From NCBI GenBank assembly GCA_037134475.1, contig JBAXMD010000001.1, positions 1 through 50,168 of the forward strand: a stretch of 50,168 nt of DNA, written 5' to 3'. Of this stretch, positions 41,948 to 50,168 are shown piece by piece. Source of the stretch: Verrucomicrobiota bacterium (lineage in GTDB: Bacteria; Verrucomicrobiota; Verrucomicrobiia; Opitutales; UBA953). The notes under the pieces were generated by a model. The model ran no database searches. It was not told the DNA's origin and saw nothing but the letters and a program-made list of their open reading frames with translations. Every line of letters starts with the position of its first letter. Positions within the stretch are counted from its first letter, which is position 1. Both the position numbers and the translations under genes were made by a program.

Positions 41948-43753
41948 TTAGCGGCGTTCGGGGACCAGTGGGCAGGTGAGATAGACGCCCTTGGGATCGT
42001 TTAGGGCGCGGATCGAGCGCAACCACTTGGCGTTGGCCTTGAGGAAATCCCTGGCCGGATCCGCCGAGGCCTTGGCGAAAAGGGGGGAGTCGTTGTCGCC
42101 GTCCGAAAGGAGCTTCTGGAGCAGGTTCTCGCGGCCGGAATTCAGCGCCGGGACTTGGATTAGCTCGGCCTCGTCGGTCTTGGCGAGGAGCTTCGCCTCC
42201 TTGATGGCATCACGCAGGCCACCGAGCTTGTCCACGAGACGAAGTCCGCGGGCGTCTTCGCCCAGCCACACGCGACCTTGGGCGATCTCGTGCACGCCGT
42301 CTCGCTTGAGTCCGCGGCCGTCCGCGACGATGCGCAGGAAGTCTTCGTACACGCTGTCCACCGAGGTTTGCACAATCGCGAGCTCTTCGGGGGTCGCGGC
42401 GCGATGCTCGGCGAGCAGGTCAGCGTAGCGGGCCGTCTTTACTCCATCGGTGCCGAGTTGCACCTTCTTCGCGAGCTCGCCGTAGTTGAAGTGGAGTCCG
42501 AAGACGCCGATGGAGCCGGTGATCGTCGAGGGATCGGCCATGATGAGGTTCGCCTTGGCGGCGATGTAATAGCCGCCGCTGGCTGCGACGTCCCCCATCG
42601 AGACGACGACGGGAATACCCTGACTCTTGAGGAGGCCAACCTCCCGCGCGACGACGTCGCTGGCGAAGGCCGAGCCACCTGGGCTGTTCACGCGGAGCAC
42701 GACCGCCTTGATACGCTTGTCCCCGCGCAGCAGGCGCAGGTCGTGGGCCAGGCGATCGCCGCCGACGTCACCGGGTGAACCCCAGCCGTCGACAATCTCT
42801 CCCTCGGCGTAGACGATCGCGATTTTGGGTCCGCTGTGCGGCAGGGTCACCTTGCTTGCGTAGCGATGTAGGTTCACCTGCAGGAAGGAAGTGCCTGACT
42901 CGTCGGCGCCGGCACCGGCGGCCCGGACCTGTTTCACGAGCTCATCCCGATGCATGGCCTTGTCCACCAGCTTGAGTTCCACGGCCTTCTGCGCGTTATA
43001 GATACCGGCCGAGTTGACCGTCTTGGTCAGGGCGCCGGTGGAAAGGCCGCGCGATTTTGCGACGTCGCCGAGGACGCGCTTCCAGATCCCCCCCATGAGG
43101 GCTTCGGATTGCTCGCGGGCGGGCTCGCTCATGGCGCCGCCGAGGTAAGGTTCCACGGCGGACTTATATTTACCCACCTTCGTTACCTGCACGCCGATGC
43201 CTAGCAGCTTCAGCGAGTCGCCGAAATACATATTGTACGAGGCGAGGCCCTTGAGTTCCACTTCGCCGGCGGCATGCACGTAGACTTTATCCGCGACGCT
43301 CGAGAGGTAGTATTCGCCTTGGGTGCCGTTCTCAATCCAGGCGATGACGGGCTTACCGCTGGTCTTGAAGGCGGCGATGGCCCTACGGATTTCGGCCTTC
43401 TGGGTGACGCCGGCGGCGAGAGGGCCGTTCAGCAGGATGCCGACAATATTCCTGTCCTTCGCGGCAAGATCGATTGCCTCCAGCGCGCGGAGAAGGTCGA
43501 GCTCGGGGCCGCTGCCACCGAGCAGCAGGAGGTCGAGGCCGGGCGCTCCGTGGGCAGGGGTGTCGTTGATCGCGAGCTCTCCGCCGATGACGAGCATCGT
43601 CTTCGGTTTGACGGAGACCGTACCGGCCTCACGGCTATTCCCCGCCGAGCTCGCGAGCGAGACGATGAGCACGATCATTGCGAACCCTCCGATGAGGATG
43701 GCGAGGAAGGTGCCGAGCGCGGAGGCGAAAACGGACTTGAAGAAATCTTTCAT
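41948..43753 (-). CDS. sppA: Signal peptide peptidase SppA, 67K (tandem-domain) type
   Basis: N-terminal TM, duplicated ClpP/crotonase-like domains, and motifs AASGGYYIA and GSIGV. The ATG at 43753 was chosen over an upstream TTG at 43816. Confidence 0.85.
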   Translation of the reverse strand: MKDFFKSVFASALGTFLAILIGGFAMIVLIVSLASSAGNSREAGTVSVKPKTMLVIGGELAINDTPAHGAPGLDLLLLGGSGPELDLLRALEAIDLAAKDRNIVGILLNGPLAAGVTQKAEIRRAIAAFKTSGKPVIAWIENGTQGEYYLSSVADKVYVHAAGEVELKGLASYNMYFGDSLKLLGIGVQVTKVGKYKSAVEPYLGGAMSEPAREQSEALMGGIWKRVLGDVAKSRGLSTGALTKTVNSAGIYNAQKAVELKLVDKAMHRDELVKQVRAAGAGADESGTSFLQVNLHRYASKVTLPHSGPKIAIVYAEGEIVDGWGSPGDVGGDRLAHDLRLLRGDKRIKAVVLRVNSPGGSAFASDVVAREVGLLKSQGIPVVVSMGDVAASGGYYIAAKANLIMADPSTITGSIGVFGLHFNYGELAKKVQLGTDGVKTARYADLLAEHRAATPEELAIVQTSVDSVYEDFLRIVADGRGLKRDGVHEIAQGRVWLGEDARGLRLVDKLGGLRDAIKEAKLLAKTDEAELIQVPALNSGRENLLQKLLSDGDNDSPLFAKASADPARDFLKANAKWLRSIRALNDPKGVYLTCPLVPERR

Positions 43754-43879
43754 GGGATAGCGAAGGGAGTGGGGGACATCAGAATGATGCTTTCGTGACT
43801 CCTTTTCGCCAATCAAAAGCTCAATTTTGATTTCCTCTTTCCGCTCGATGCGGCCCGCCTAGGGGGCTAGTTTCGGGTC

Positions 43880-45328
43880 ATGTTAGAGCCCACGTCCTCG
43901 GCCGGCGCCGCCACCTCCCGCAAGGCCTTGGCCATCAACCTCGACCGATCGGCCTACGGCGCCTTCGCCGAAATCGGGGCCGGTCAGGAGGTCGTCCGAC
44001 ACTTCTTCAAGGCTGGCGGCGCATCGGGCACGGTAGCAAAGAGCATCTCGGCCTATGACATGCGCGTCAGCGACGCCATCTACGGCCATCCGCAACGCTA
44101 CGTCTCCCGTCAGCGCCTCGAGCAGATGCTCGACCATGAGTACGGACTCCTGGTCGATCGCCTGAAGGCCGAACGCGGCCCGGTGACCCGTTTCTTCGCC
44201 TTTGCCGACACGGTCGCGACGACCCCGCATGATGGTAAAGGGCAGGGGCACTCCTGGATCGGCATCCGCTTTCAGGATCAGCCTCAATCCGAGCCGAGCG
44301 AGGTGATTCTTCATCTTCGCCTCTGGGACAAGGACGCGGACCGCCAGCAGGACGCCCTCGGCGCGGTCGGGGTCAATCTCATCCATGCAGCCCTTAATAC
44401 GCGCGACAGCGTCGACACCTTCCTCACCGCCTTGATCGATGAAGTCGGTGCCGGCCGCGTCGAGGTTGAGTTCGTCCATTTCAGCGGGCCGGCCTTCGGC
44501 GCTTTCGACAACCGCGCCGCGGCCTTGCGTCTCGTCCGCCTCGGCCTCACCGATGCCGTGCTCTTCGGTCCAGAAGGCGACCCGCAGGTCCCGAGCGAAT
44601 ATTTCTACAAGCGCTCGGTCCTGGTGGCTCGCGGCACCTTCCGCCCGGTTTCGATTGTCAACGAGGACATGCTTGCCTGCGCGCTGCGCGCTTTGCCTGA
44701 AGGCGGCAAGGATGTGATTCCCTTGTTCGAGATGTGCATCGGTGCCGACCCGCATCCGGAGTCTGAACTCATCGACCGTATCCGTCTCGTGGGCGCGATG
44801 CAGCACCCGCTTCTGGTTACCCGCCACCGTGGCTGGTATCGCTTGCCGGCCTATTTCCGCCTGCACACCGCGGGCAGCATCACGCTCGTCGCCGGCATGA
44901 ACAACCTCGTCGACCTCTTCAATCCCGAGCACTACACGCACCTCGAAGGGGGCGTCCTCGAGTCCTGCGGCCGCCTCTTCAAGGACGGCGTCCGCGTCAT
45001 GGTCTATCCGATGCGCGGCGACCAACTCCGTCGGCTCATCCTCGATCCGGTCGCCTGCAAGGTCTGCTTCCCGGAGAGCTACAGCGTCGCCGAAGACTCA
45101 GTGGTCACCGCTTCCGCCATCCAGATGCGCCCCTCAGTCGCCGGCTTGTTCCAGCACCTACTGAACAACGGCTTCCTGGTGCCGATCACGGGCGCGGACC
45201 CCCAGGCGATGGCCTGCCAACCGCGCACTTTGGCTGAACGTATCCGTAAGAACGAGGGGGACTGGGAAAAAGAAGTGCCTCCTTCGGTTGCGGTCGCGAT
45301 CCGGAGTCTCAAGTTGTGGGCGAGGTAG
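43880..45328 (+). CDS. Conserved-looking hypothetical protein (482 aa, soluble), function unknown
   Basis: Long ORF with GC3-rich codon usage like its neighbours. No TM segment, and I see no nucleotide-binding or catalytic motif. N-terminal block FAEIGAGQEVVRHFFKAGGASGTVAKSISAYDM. Confidence 0.6.
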   Translation: MLEPTSSAGAATSRKALAINLDRSAYGAFAEIGAGQEVVRHFFKAGGASGTVAKSISAYDMRVSDAIYGHPQRYVSRQRLEQMLDHEYGLLVDRLKAERGPVTRFFAFADTVATTPHDGKGQGHSWIGIRFQDQPQSEPSEVILHLRLWDKDADRQQDALGAVGVNLIHAALNTRDSVDTFLTALIDEVGAGRVEVEFVHFSGPAFGAFDNRAAALRLVRLGLTDAVLFGPEGDPQVPSEYFYKRSVLVARGTFRPVSIVNEDMLACALRALPEGGKDVIPLFEMCIGADPHPESELIDRIRLVGAMQHPLLVTRHRGWYRLPAYFRLHTAGSITLVAGMNNLVDLFNPEHYTHLEGGVLESCGRLFKDGVRVMVYPMRGDQLRRLILDPVACKVCFPESYSVAEDSVVTASAIQMRPSVAGLFQHLLNNGFLVPITGADPQAMACQPRTLAERIRKNEGDWEKEVPPSVAVAIRSLKLWAR

Positions 45329-45331
45329 TCC

Positions 45332-45928
45332 ATGCCCGTCACTTCGCTTCCCCCAGCCCAAGATACCGAGCTCTCGCTCTCCGTCGAACGCGCCTACCGC
45401 GAATCGCTGGTGACCGACCGTCTCGGCGCGATCTGGTCTCTGATTCTGGCTAAGTGCTTCCTGGCCCAGTGGGCGATCCTCCGCTTCGCGATTCCGATCA
45501 GCGGCCCGCGCTACATCTGGACGCTCACCCTGATCATGGCGATTGTCGCCTCAGCGTATTACCTTCACGCCCATCGGGTCAGGCTGTACCTGCTGCCGAC
45601 GCATTTCCGCGTGAACGCCGCGGTGCTGGCTGGGCTCATCGTGGCCTTGGGGTTCGTCGTCTATGCTTACTTCGCGCTCGGCCTGCTGTCCGCTCCGCTC
45701 GCCGCATCCTTGGCGGCGGTGCTGCTGGGCTCATGGTCGCTTGCCCGCGCAGCCTTGCGCCGCGCCTGGCCGCCGCTCTTCGGCGCCTTCCTTTGGTGGG
45801 GGCTCGCCGCGACGGCGCTCCGAGCTCCGGCCGACCAAGCCTTGCTCTGGATCGGGCTGGGCCTGCTGTGCGCGCAGGCGCTGCCAGGCTTCGCGGTCGC
45901 GGCCCAGGCCTCCCGCCGTCGCGTCTGA
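45332..45928 (+). CDS. Hypothetical integral membrane protein (about 6 predicted TM helices)
   Basis: The ATG is 3 nt after the stop of the preceding ORF. There are six hydrophobic stretches of about 20 aa separated by Arg-rich loops. Confidence 0.55.
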   Translation: MPVTSLPPAQDTELSLSVERAYRESLVTDRLGAIWSLILAKCFLAQWAILRFAIPISGPRYIWTLTLIMAIVASAYYLHAHRVRLYLLPTHFRVNAAVLAGLIVALGFVVYAYFALGLLSAPLAASLAAVLLGSWSLARAALRRAWPPLFGAFLWWGLAATALRAPADQALLWIGLGLLCAQALPGFAVAAQASRRRV

Positions 45929-46828
45929 TCAGGCCGAGGTCTTGGCTCCGGCGCTGTTCATGAGGTGCGTCATGAAGCGCTTCATGGCCGGCGTCAGCAC
46001 GCGGCCCTTGCGGTGGAGGATGGCCAACGGACGCGCCACGCGGCGGTCGCGCAGGCGGAGCATCACGAGCGTGCCTTGCTCGACCTCCTGGCGGATGGTG
46101 CCTTCGGGGACGAGCGCCACGCCGGCGTCGACTTCCACCGCGCGCTTGAGCGTCTCGATGTTGTCGAACTCCATCGAAGGCTCGAGCTCGATGCGCTGCT
46201 CGCGGAAGAACTGGTCGAGGGCCTTGCGCGTCGGGATGTCCTGGTCGAAGCCGATGAACTTGCCGCCTTGCAGGTCGGCGAGGTCGATCTCTTTCTTCGC
46301 CGCGAGCTTGTGCTTGGGCGAGCAGATGGCGACGAGTTGGTCTTCCATCAGGGGGATGATCTCGACCTGACGGGTCTTCTGCGGGAAGGCGACGAGACCG
46401 AAGTCGACGGCGTTCGAGATGACGTCCTCGTAGACGAGGTTCGAGCGACGGTATTCGACGCGCACGTTGACGTGCGGGAATTCCTGCATGAACGACTTCA
46501 CGTGCGGCGGGAGCTCATGGAGGCCGATCGAGACGATGGTCGAGATGTGGACGGTACCGCTGACGACCTTGCGCATCTCCTGCATCTCGCTGCCGACCTG
46601 CTCGTAGCGGTTGAGGATGTCCTTGGCCGCCTCGTAGAGGCTGCGGCCTTCGCGCGTGAGTCGGAACTGCTTCTGGCTACGGTCGACGATCAGGACATTG
46701 AAATGCTTTTCCATCGAGCGCAGCTGCTGGCTGACGGCCGACTGGGTGATGGCGTTGAGTTTGGCCGCCTTGGAGAAGCTTTCGTTGTCCACCAGGTCGC
46801 GGAAGATCTTCAGGTTCTCGATATGCAT
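45929..46828 (-). CDS. LysR family transcriptional regulator
   Basis: N-terminal wHTH MHIENLKIFRDLVDNESFSKAAKLNAITQSAVSQQLRSMEKHF, and a LysR substrate-binding fold in the C-terminus. An alternative ATG lies at 46846. Confidence 0.85.
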   Translation of the reverse strand: MHIENLKIFRDLVDNESFSKAAKLNAITQSAVSQQLRSMEKHFNVLIVDRSQKQFRLTREGRSLYEAAKDILNRYEQVGSEMQEMRKVVSGTVHISTIVSIGLHELPPHVKSFMQEFPHVNVRVEYRRSNLVYEDVISNAVDFGLVAFPQKTRQVEIIPLMEDQLVAICSPKHKLAAKKEIDLADLQGGKFIGFDQDIPTRKALDQFFREQRIELEPSMEFDNIETLKRAVEVDAGVALVPEGTIRQEVEQGTLVMLRLRDRRVARPLAILHRKGRVLTPAMKRFMTHLMNSAGAKTSA

Positions 46829-46847
46829 GGGAATGAAAGACCCCATG

Positions 46848-46862
46848 ATTAATGAATCTAAT
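46848..46862. promoter_or_regulatory. Candidate LysR box (ATTA-N7-TAAT, containing T-N11-A)
   Basis: ATTAATGAATCTAAT lies in the lysR-yggS divergent intergenic region, 20 nt upstream of the preferred LysR start codon. Confidence 0.3.
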
Positions 46863-46971
46863 GGGTTAGGGCTTCAAGTGTAGATGTGCTTATCCTAGGC
46901 TAGGCCCCTTCAGTCGGCCTAGGGAGCCCGACTGGTTGACTCCCCGCCCGTTCTCCCTCCCTCTGGTGCAA

Positions 46972-47670
46972 ATGGTCTCCTCCGACCAGTTTAAGGCCCA
47001 CTATGAGGGGGTGCTGACCCGTATCGCGACCGCCTGCGCTCAGGTCGGCCGCGACCCGTCGTCGGTCAGGGTGCTGCCGGTGACCAAGACCAACCCGGTG
47101 GAGGCCGCATTGATGGCCTACGGGCTTGGCTTGCGGGCCGTCGGTGAAAATCGCGTGCAGGAGGCCGCCGGAAAGCGCCCGATGGCCCCCGCCGACCTTC
47201 GCTGGGAACTTATCGGCCATCTGCAGTCCAACAAGGCCAAGCAGGCCCTGCAGGTTTTTGATGTCATCCAGACCGTGGACTCGCCCGACCTGGCCGTTCG
47301 CCTAGGCCGTCTGGCTGGCGAGATGGGCCTGCGGCCACAGGTGCTGCTTCAGGTCAACTCCGGTGACGACCCAGCGAAGTTCGGGTGCGACCTCGCCGAT
47401 GCTCCTCGGTTGCTTGAGGCGGCCCTGGCACAGCCGGCCCTGGTCGTACGGGGGCTGATGGCCGTCGCGCCGCTCTCCGACGACCCCGCGGTCGCCGACC
47501 GGACCTTCGCCGAGCTTCGTCTTTGCCGCGACTCACTGGCCGCCCGCTTCGGGGTGGTGCTCCCGGAATTATCCATGGGTATGAGCGGAGACCTTGAATC
47601 CGCCGTCGCGGCAGGTTCTACTTGCGTCCGCCTAGGCTCGACCTTGTTCGGTCCCCGTCCCTCCGTATGA
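46972..47670 (+). CDS. yggS: YggS family pyridoxal-phosphate homeostasis protein
   Basis: ...VRVLPVTKT (PLP lysine), ...GENRVQE..., ...WELIGHLQSNK..., ...LSMGMSGD...A...GST.VRLGS.LFG. The ATG at 46972 was preferred over the TTG at 46936. Confidence 0.85.
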   Translation: MVSSDQFKAHYEGVLTRIATACAQVGRDPSSVRVLPVTKTNPVEAALMAYGLGLRAVGENRVQEAAGKRPMAPADLRWELIGHLQSNKAKQALQVFDVIQTVDSPDLAVRLGRLAGEMGLRPQVLLQVNSGDDPAKFGCDLADAPRLLEAALAQPALVVRGLMAVAPLSDDPAVADRTFAELRLCRDSLAARFGVVLPELSMGMSGDLESAVAAGSTCVRLGSTLFGPRPSV

Positions 47671-49328
47671 TCCGCCGCCTTCAAATCCGCGACCTCGCCC
47701 TGATGGATCGCACCGAGCTCGAGCTAGGCTCGGGCTTCACGGTGGTGACGGGCGAGACCGGCGCCGGCAAGTCCGTGCTACTCGGCGCGCTTTCGCTCCT
47801 CGCGGGTAATCGCGCCGCGAAGACGATCGTCCGCAAGGGCGCCGAGGAATGCTCAGTCGAAGCCGAACTCGAGACCGACGGGGACAAGCGCTTCGACGAA
47901 GTGCTGAAGTCCCTCGACCTGCCGGTCTGCGACGACGGCCTGCTTATCCTGAAGCGTTCGGTCCATGCGACCAAGGCGGGCCGTATCTCCATCAATGGGG
48001 GCTCTGCCACGCTCACGCAGCTCCAGCAGCTGGGCGAGCTATGGATCGATTTCCACGGCCCAGGCGAGCCGCAGAAGCTGATGCGTGCCGAGACGCAGCT
48101 GGAGATGCTCGACCTGCATGCGGGGCTTGCCTCCGCGCTGGCGACCTATCGCACTGGGTGGCGTCTGCGCAACGACCTGCTCCGCGAAGCGGCCGAAGCC
48201 GCGACGGCCGAACGTCTCTCCGAGGACGAAGCCGCCTTCCTCCGTTCCCAGCTCGATAAACTCGATTCGCTCGACCTCTCCGAAGAAGCCATCACCAAGC
48301 TCGAACGCGACCACGCCCGTTCTTCCCGCGCCCAGGAGCTCGCGGCCTTGCTTGGGCAGCTGGAGTCGGGCCTTGGCTCCGACGGTCTCGGCGAGGTGAT
48401 GCCTAAGTTGCTCAAGGCTGGCGATGACATCGCCCGCATCGACGCTGACGCCGAAGCGCTTCGCGATCGTCTGAATTCCCTCGCGGCCGAAGCGGAAGAC
48501 ATCCGCGCCGATTTTGCGCGTCTGGGCCGCGGGCTCTCCGCCGACGACGAGTCCGCCGCCGAGCTCGAGGGGAAGATGAACCTCTGGTTGGAATTCCGTC
48601 GCAAGTACGGACCGGGTGCCGAAGCGGTCCGCGAGAAGCGCGAGGCGCTCCGTCGACGCTTAGCCTCGCAGGGCGACGTGGAAGCCCGTGTTACGAAGCT
48701 CAAGGCGGAGGCTGCCAAGGTGGAGAAGGATCTCCGCAAACAGGCTGAAGCCCTGCGCACCGCCCGTACGAAGGCCGCTGAGAAACTCGCCACCGCTGCC
48801 CGCAAGATGCTCGGCTCACTTGGTTTCAAGAAAGCCGACTTGCGCATCGAGGTCGCGGTCGCCGAACTCGGCCCCTATGGCGCCGACGCGGTCCGGTTCC
48901 TTTTCTGTCCAAACGTCGGCCAGGATCTCCTGCCGCTCGATCAGATCGCATCCAGCGGTGAAGCCGCCCGTGTGATGCTCGCCTTGAAGACTGTGCTCGC
49001 CGCGGTCGATCGCACCCCGGTGCTGGTCTTCGACGAGGTCGACGCCAATGTCGGTGGCGAGATCGGCGCGCAGGTCGGCCGCGAGCTCGCTGCCCTAGGT
49101 AAGGGCCACCAGGTCTTCTGCGTGACGCACCTGCCGCAGGTTGCCGCGCTCGGCCATGCTCATCTCGTCGTGACGAAGACGCAGGACGACAAGTCCACGA
49201 CGGTCGAGATCTCTCCGGTCCACGGTAAGCGCAAGGACCGCGAGTCCGAGCTCGCCCGTATGCTCGGTGACCGCGCCAGCAAGGTCGCGCTCTCCCACGC
49301 CCGCGAGCTGCTCGACGGCGCGAAGTAG
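47667..49328 (+). CDS. recN: DNA repair protein RecN
   Basis: MIRRLQIRDLALMD...L.GFTVVTGETGAGKS (Walker A), a coiled-coil middle, and C-terminal SGGE..R..LA...... FDEVDA..GG. The start overlaps the yggS stop (ATGA). Confidence 0.9.
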   Translation: MIRRLQIRDLALMDRTELELGSGFTVVTGETGAGKSVLLGALSLLAGNRAAKTIVRKGAEECSVEAELETDGDKRFDEVLKSLDLPVCDDGLLILKRSVHATKAGRISINGGSATLTQLQQLGELWIDFHGPGEPQKLMRAETQLEMLDLHAGLASALATYRTGWRLRNDLLREAAEAATAERLSEDEAAFLRSQLDKLDSLDLSEEAITKLERDHARSSRAQELAALLGQLESGLGSDGLGEVMPKLLKAGDDIARIDADAEALRDRLNSLAAEAEDIRADFARLGRGLSADDESAAELEGKMNLWLEFRRKYGPGAEAVREKREALRRRLASQGDVEARVTKLKAEAAKVEKDLRKQAEALRTARTKAAEKLATAARKMLGSLGFKKADLRIEVAVAELGPYGADAVRFLFCPNVGQDLLPLDQIASSGEAARVMLALKTVLAAVDRTPVLVFDEVDANVGGEIGAQVGRELAALGKGHQVFCVTHLPQVAALGHAHLVVTKTQDDKSTTVEISPVHGKRKDRESELARMLGDRASKVALSHARELLDGAK

Positions 49329-49330
49329 GC

Positions 49331-50149
49331 TCAGGTCTTCTTCACGAAGCGGTCCAACCGGAGGCGCTGGATCATCCGCAGCCCGATGGCGGCCGCCCAA
49401 GGCTTGGGCAGGCGTGCCGAGATGACGGCCAGGATCTTATGTTTCCAGCCGGTGACTACCACTGGGCGCTGCGCCGCCATGCCGCGCACGGCTTCATCGG
49501 CGCATTCTTCGGAGGTCTGCCCACCGAGGCCGGTCGAGCTCGCGAAGCCGGCGGCCTTGGAGAAGTTGGTCGAGACGGGCCCGGGGCAGATGGCCACGCA
49601 ACGGATGCCGTGACGCTTGGCCTCGGCGTCGAGTGCGACGCTCCAGTCGAGCATGAAGGATTTCGTCGCGGCATACGTGGTCATCAACGGGGTCGGTTGG
49701 AAACCGGCGAGCGAAGCGACGGTGGCGACCATGCCGCCGCGCGCCTTTAGCTCTTCCCAAAGTCGACCGGTAAGCTCGACCGGTGCGCGCACGTTGACGT
49801 CGATCATCTTCAAGGTGTGATCCACGCCAGGCGTCGGAAACTCTCCGTAGGCGCCGAAGCCGCTATTATTAATCAGTAGCATCCTGCCTTCTCGGGGCAT
49901 TAGTTTTTGTAATTCGAAGACAACCGACACGATGTCAGTCGGTTGCGATAGGTCGCAGGTAAGGTGAGTGAAGTTAAGGGAATTCGGGACCCCCTCGGGG
50001 GTCGTCCTGGAAAGGTTGAACACCGCGGCTTTGGTCTCAGAATAACAGATACGCGAGAGTATCGCGCGTCCGATCCCGGAAGAAGCCCCTGATATGATGA
50101 CCACGGAAAACCCCCTGAAGAAATCATCGACGGTCTTGTTCTTTGACAT
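49331..50149 (-). CDS. SDR family oxidoreductase (short-chain dehydrogenase)
   Basis: N-terminal ISGASSGIGRA (TGxxxGIG-type), NNSG, and catalytic YAATK (YxxxK). 272 aa. Confidence 0.85.
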   Translation of the reverse strand: MSKNKTVDDFFRGFSVVIISGASSGIGRAILSRICYSETKAAVFNLSRTTPEGVPNSLNFTHLTCDLSQPTDIVSVVFELQKLMPREGRMLLINNSGFGAYGEFPTPGVDHTLKMIDVNVRAPVELTGRLWEELKARGGMVATVASLAGFQPTPLMTTYAATKSFMLDWSVALDAEAKRHGIRCVAICPGPVSTNFSKAAGFASSTGLGGQTSEECADEAVRGMAAQRPVVVTGWKHKILAVISARLPKPWAAAIGLRMIQRLRLDRFVKKT

Positions 50150-50168
50150 GGGCGCAGAGTCTCACGTC

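Overview
High-GC window (hand counts give over 60% G+C in most 100-nt blocks) that is almost entirely core housekeeping. It is densely packed, mostly on the + strand. Gene order: 3' end of the alpha ribosomal operon (rpsD partial, rpoA, rplQ); a small membrane/zinc-ribbon ORF; guaA; a tight run of dnaX, YfcE-like phosphoesterase, hrpB and a DEDDh exonuclease; mdh; a DUF362-like secreted protein (-); an MFS transporter; a hemY-like protoporphyrinogen oxidase (-); a DUF481-like outer-membrane protein; type III glutamine synthetase behind a sigma54-type promoter; rpsU (-); smc; an HtrA-family protease; a membrane-anchored hypothetical; then the canonical tRNA-Thr, tuf, tRNA-Trp, secE, nusG, rplKAJL, rpoBC cluster. 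After that come a polysaccharide-export trio (beta-barrel OMP, Wza-like, Wzc-like tyrosine kinase), an M48 lipoprotein peptidase, sppA (-), an uncharacterised 482-aa protein plus a 6-TM protein, a LysR regulator (-), yggS, recN and an SDR oxidoreductase (-). GSIII, gene order and composition loosely suggest a Verrucomicrobiota/Opitutales-like organism, but this is a guess. I see no CRISPR array, transposase, integrase, phage gene or recognisable defence or toxin system, and I do not think the window contains an obvious novel multi-gene system. The points most worth a second look are: (1) an A9 homopolymer inside dnaX with stops in both alternative frames, resembling the Thermus tau/gamma slippage site; (2) a roughly 130-nt in-frame island of about 26% G+C inside a hypothetical gene, preceded by a terminator-like hairpin and a T7 run; (3) the sigma54 promoter and palindrome upstream of glnN; (4) the unannotatable two-gene pair at 43880..45928; (5) a Gly/Tyr tandem-repeat N-terminal tail on the Wzc-like kinase. 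Many long reverse-strand ORFs in the track are GC-driven shadow ORFs and were rejected.
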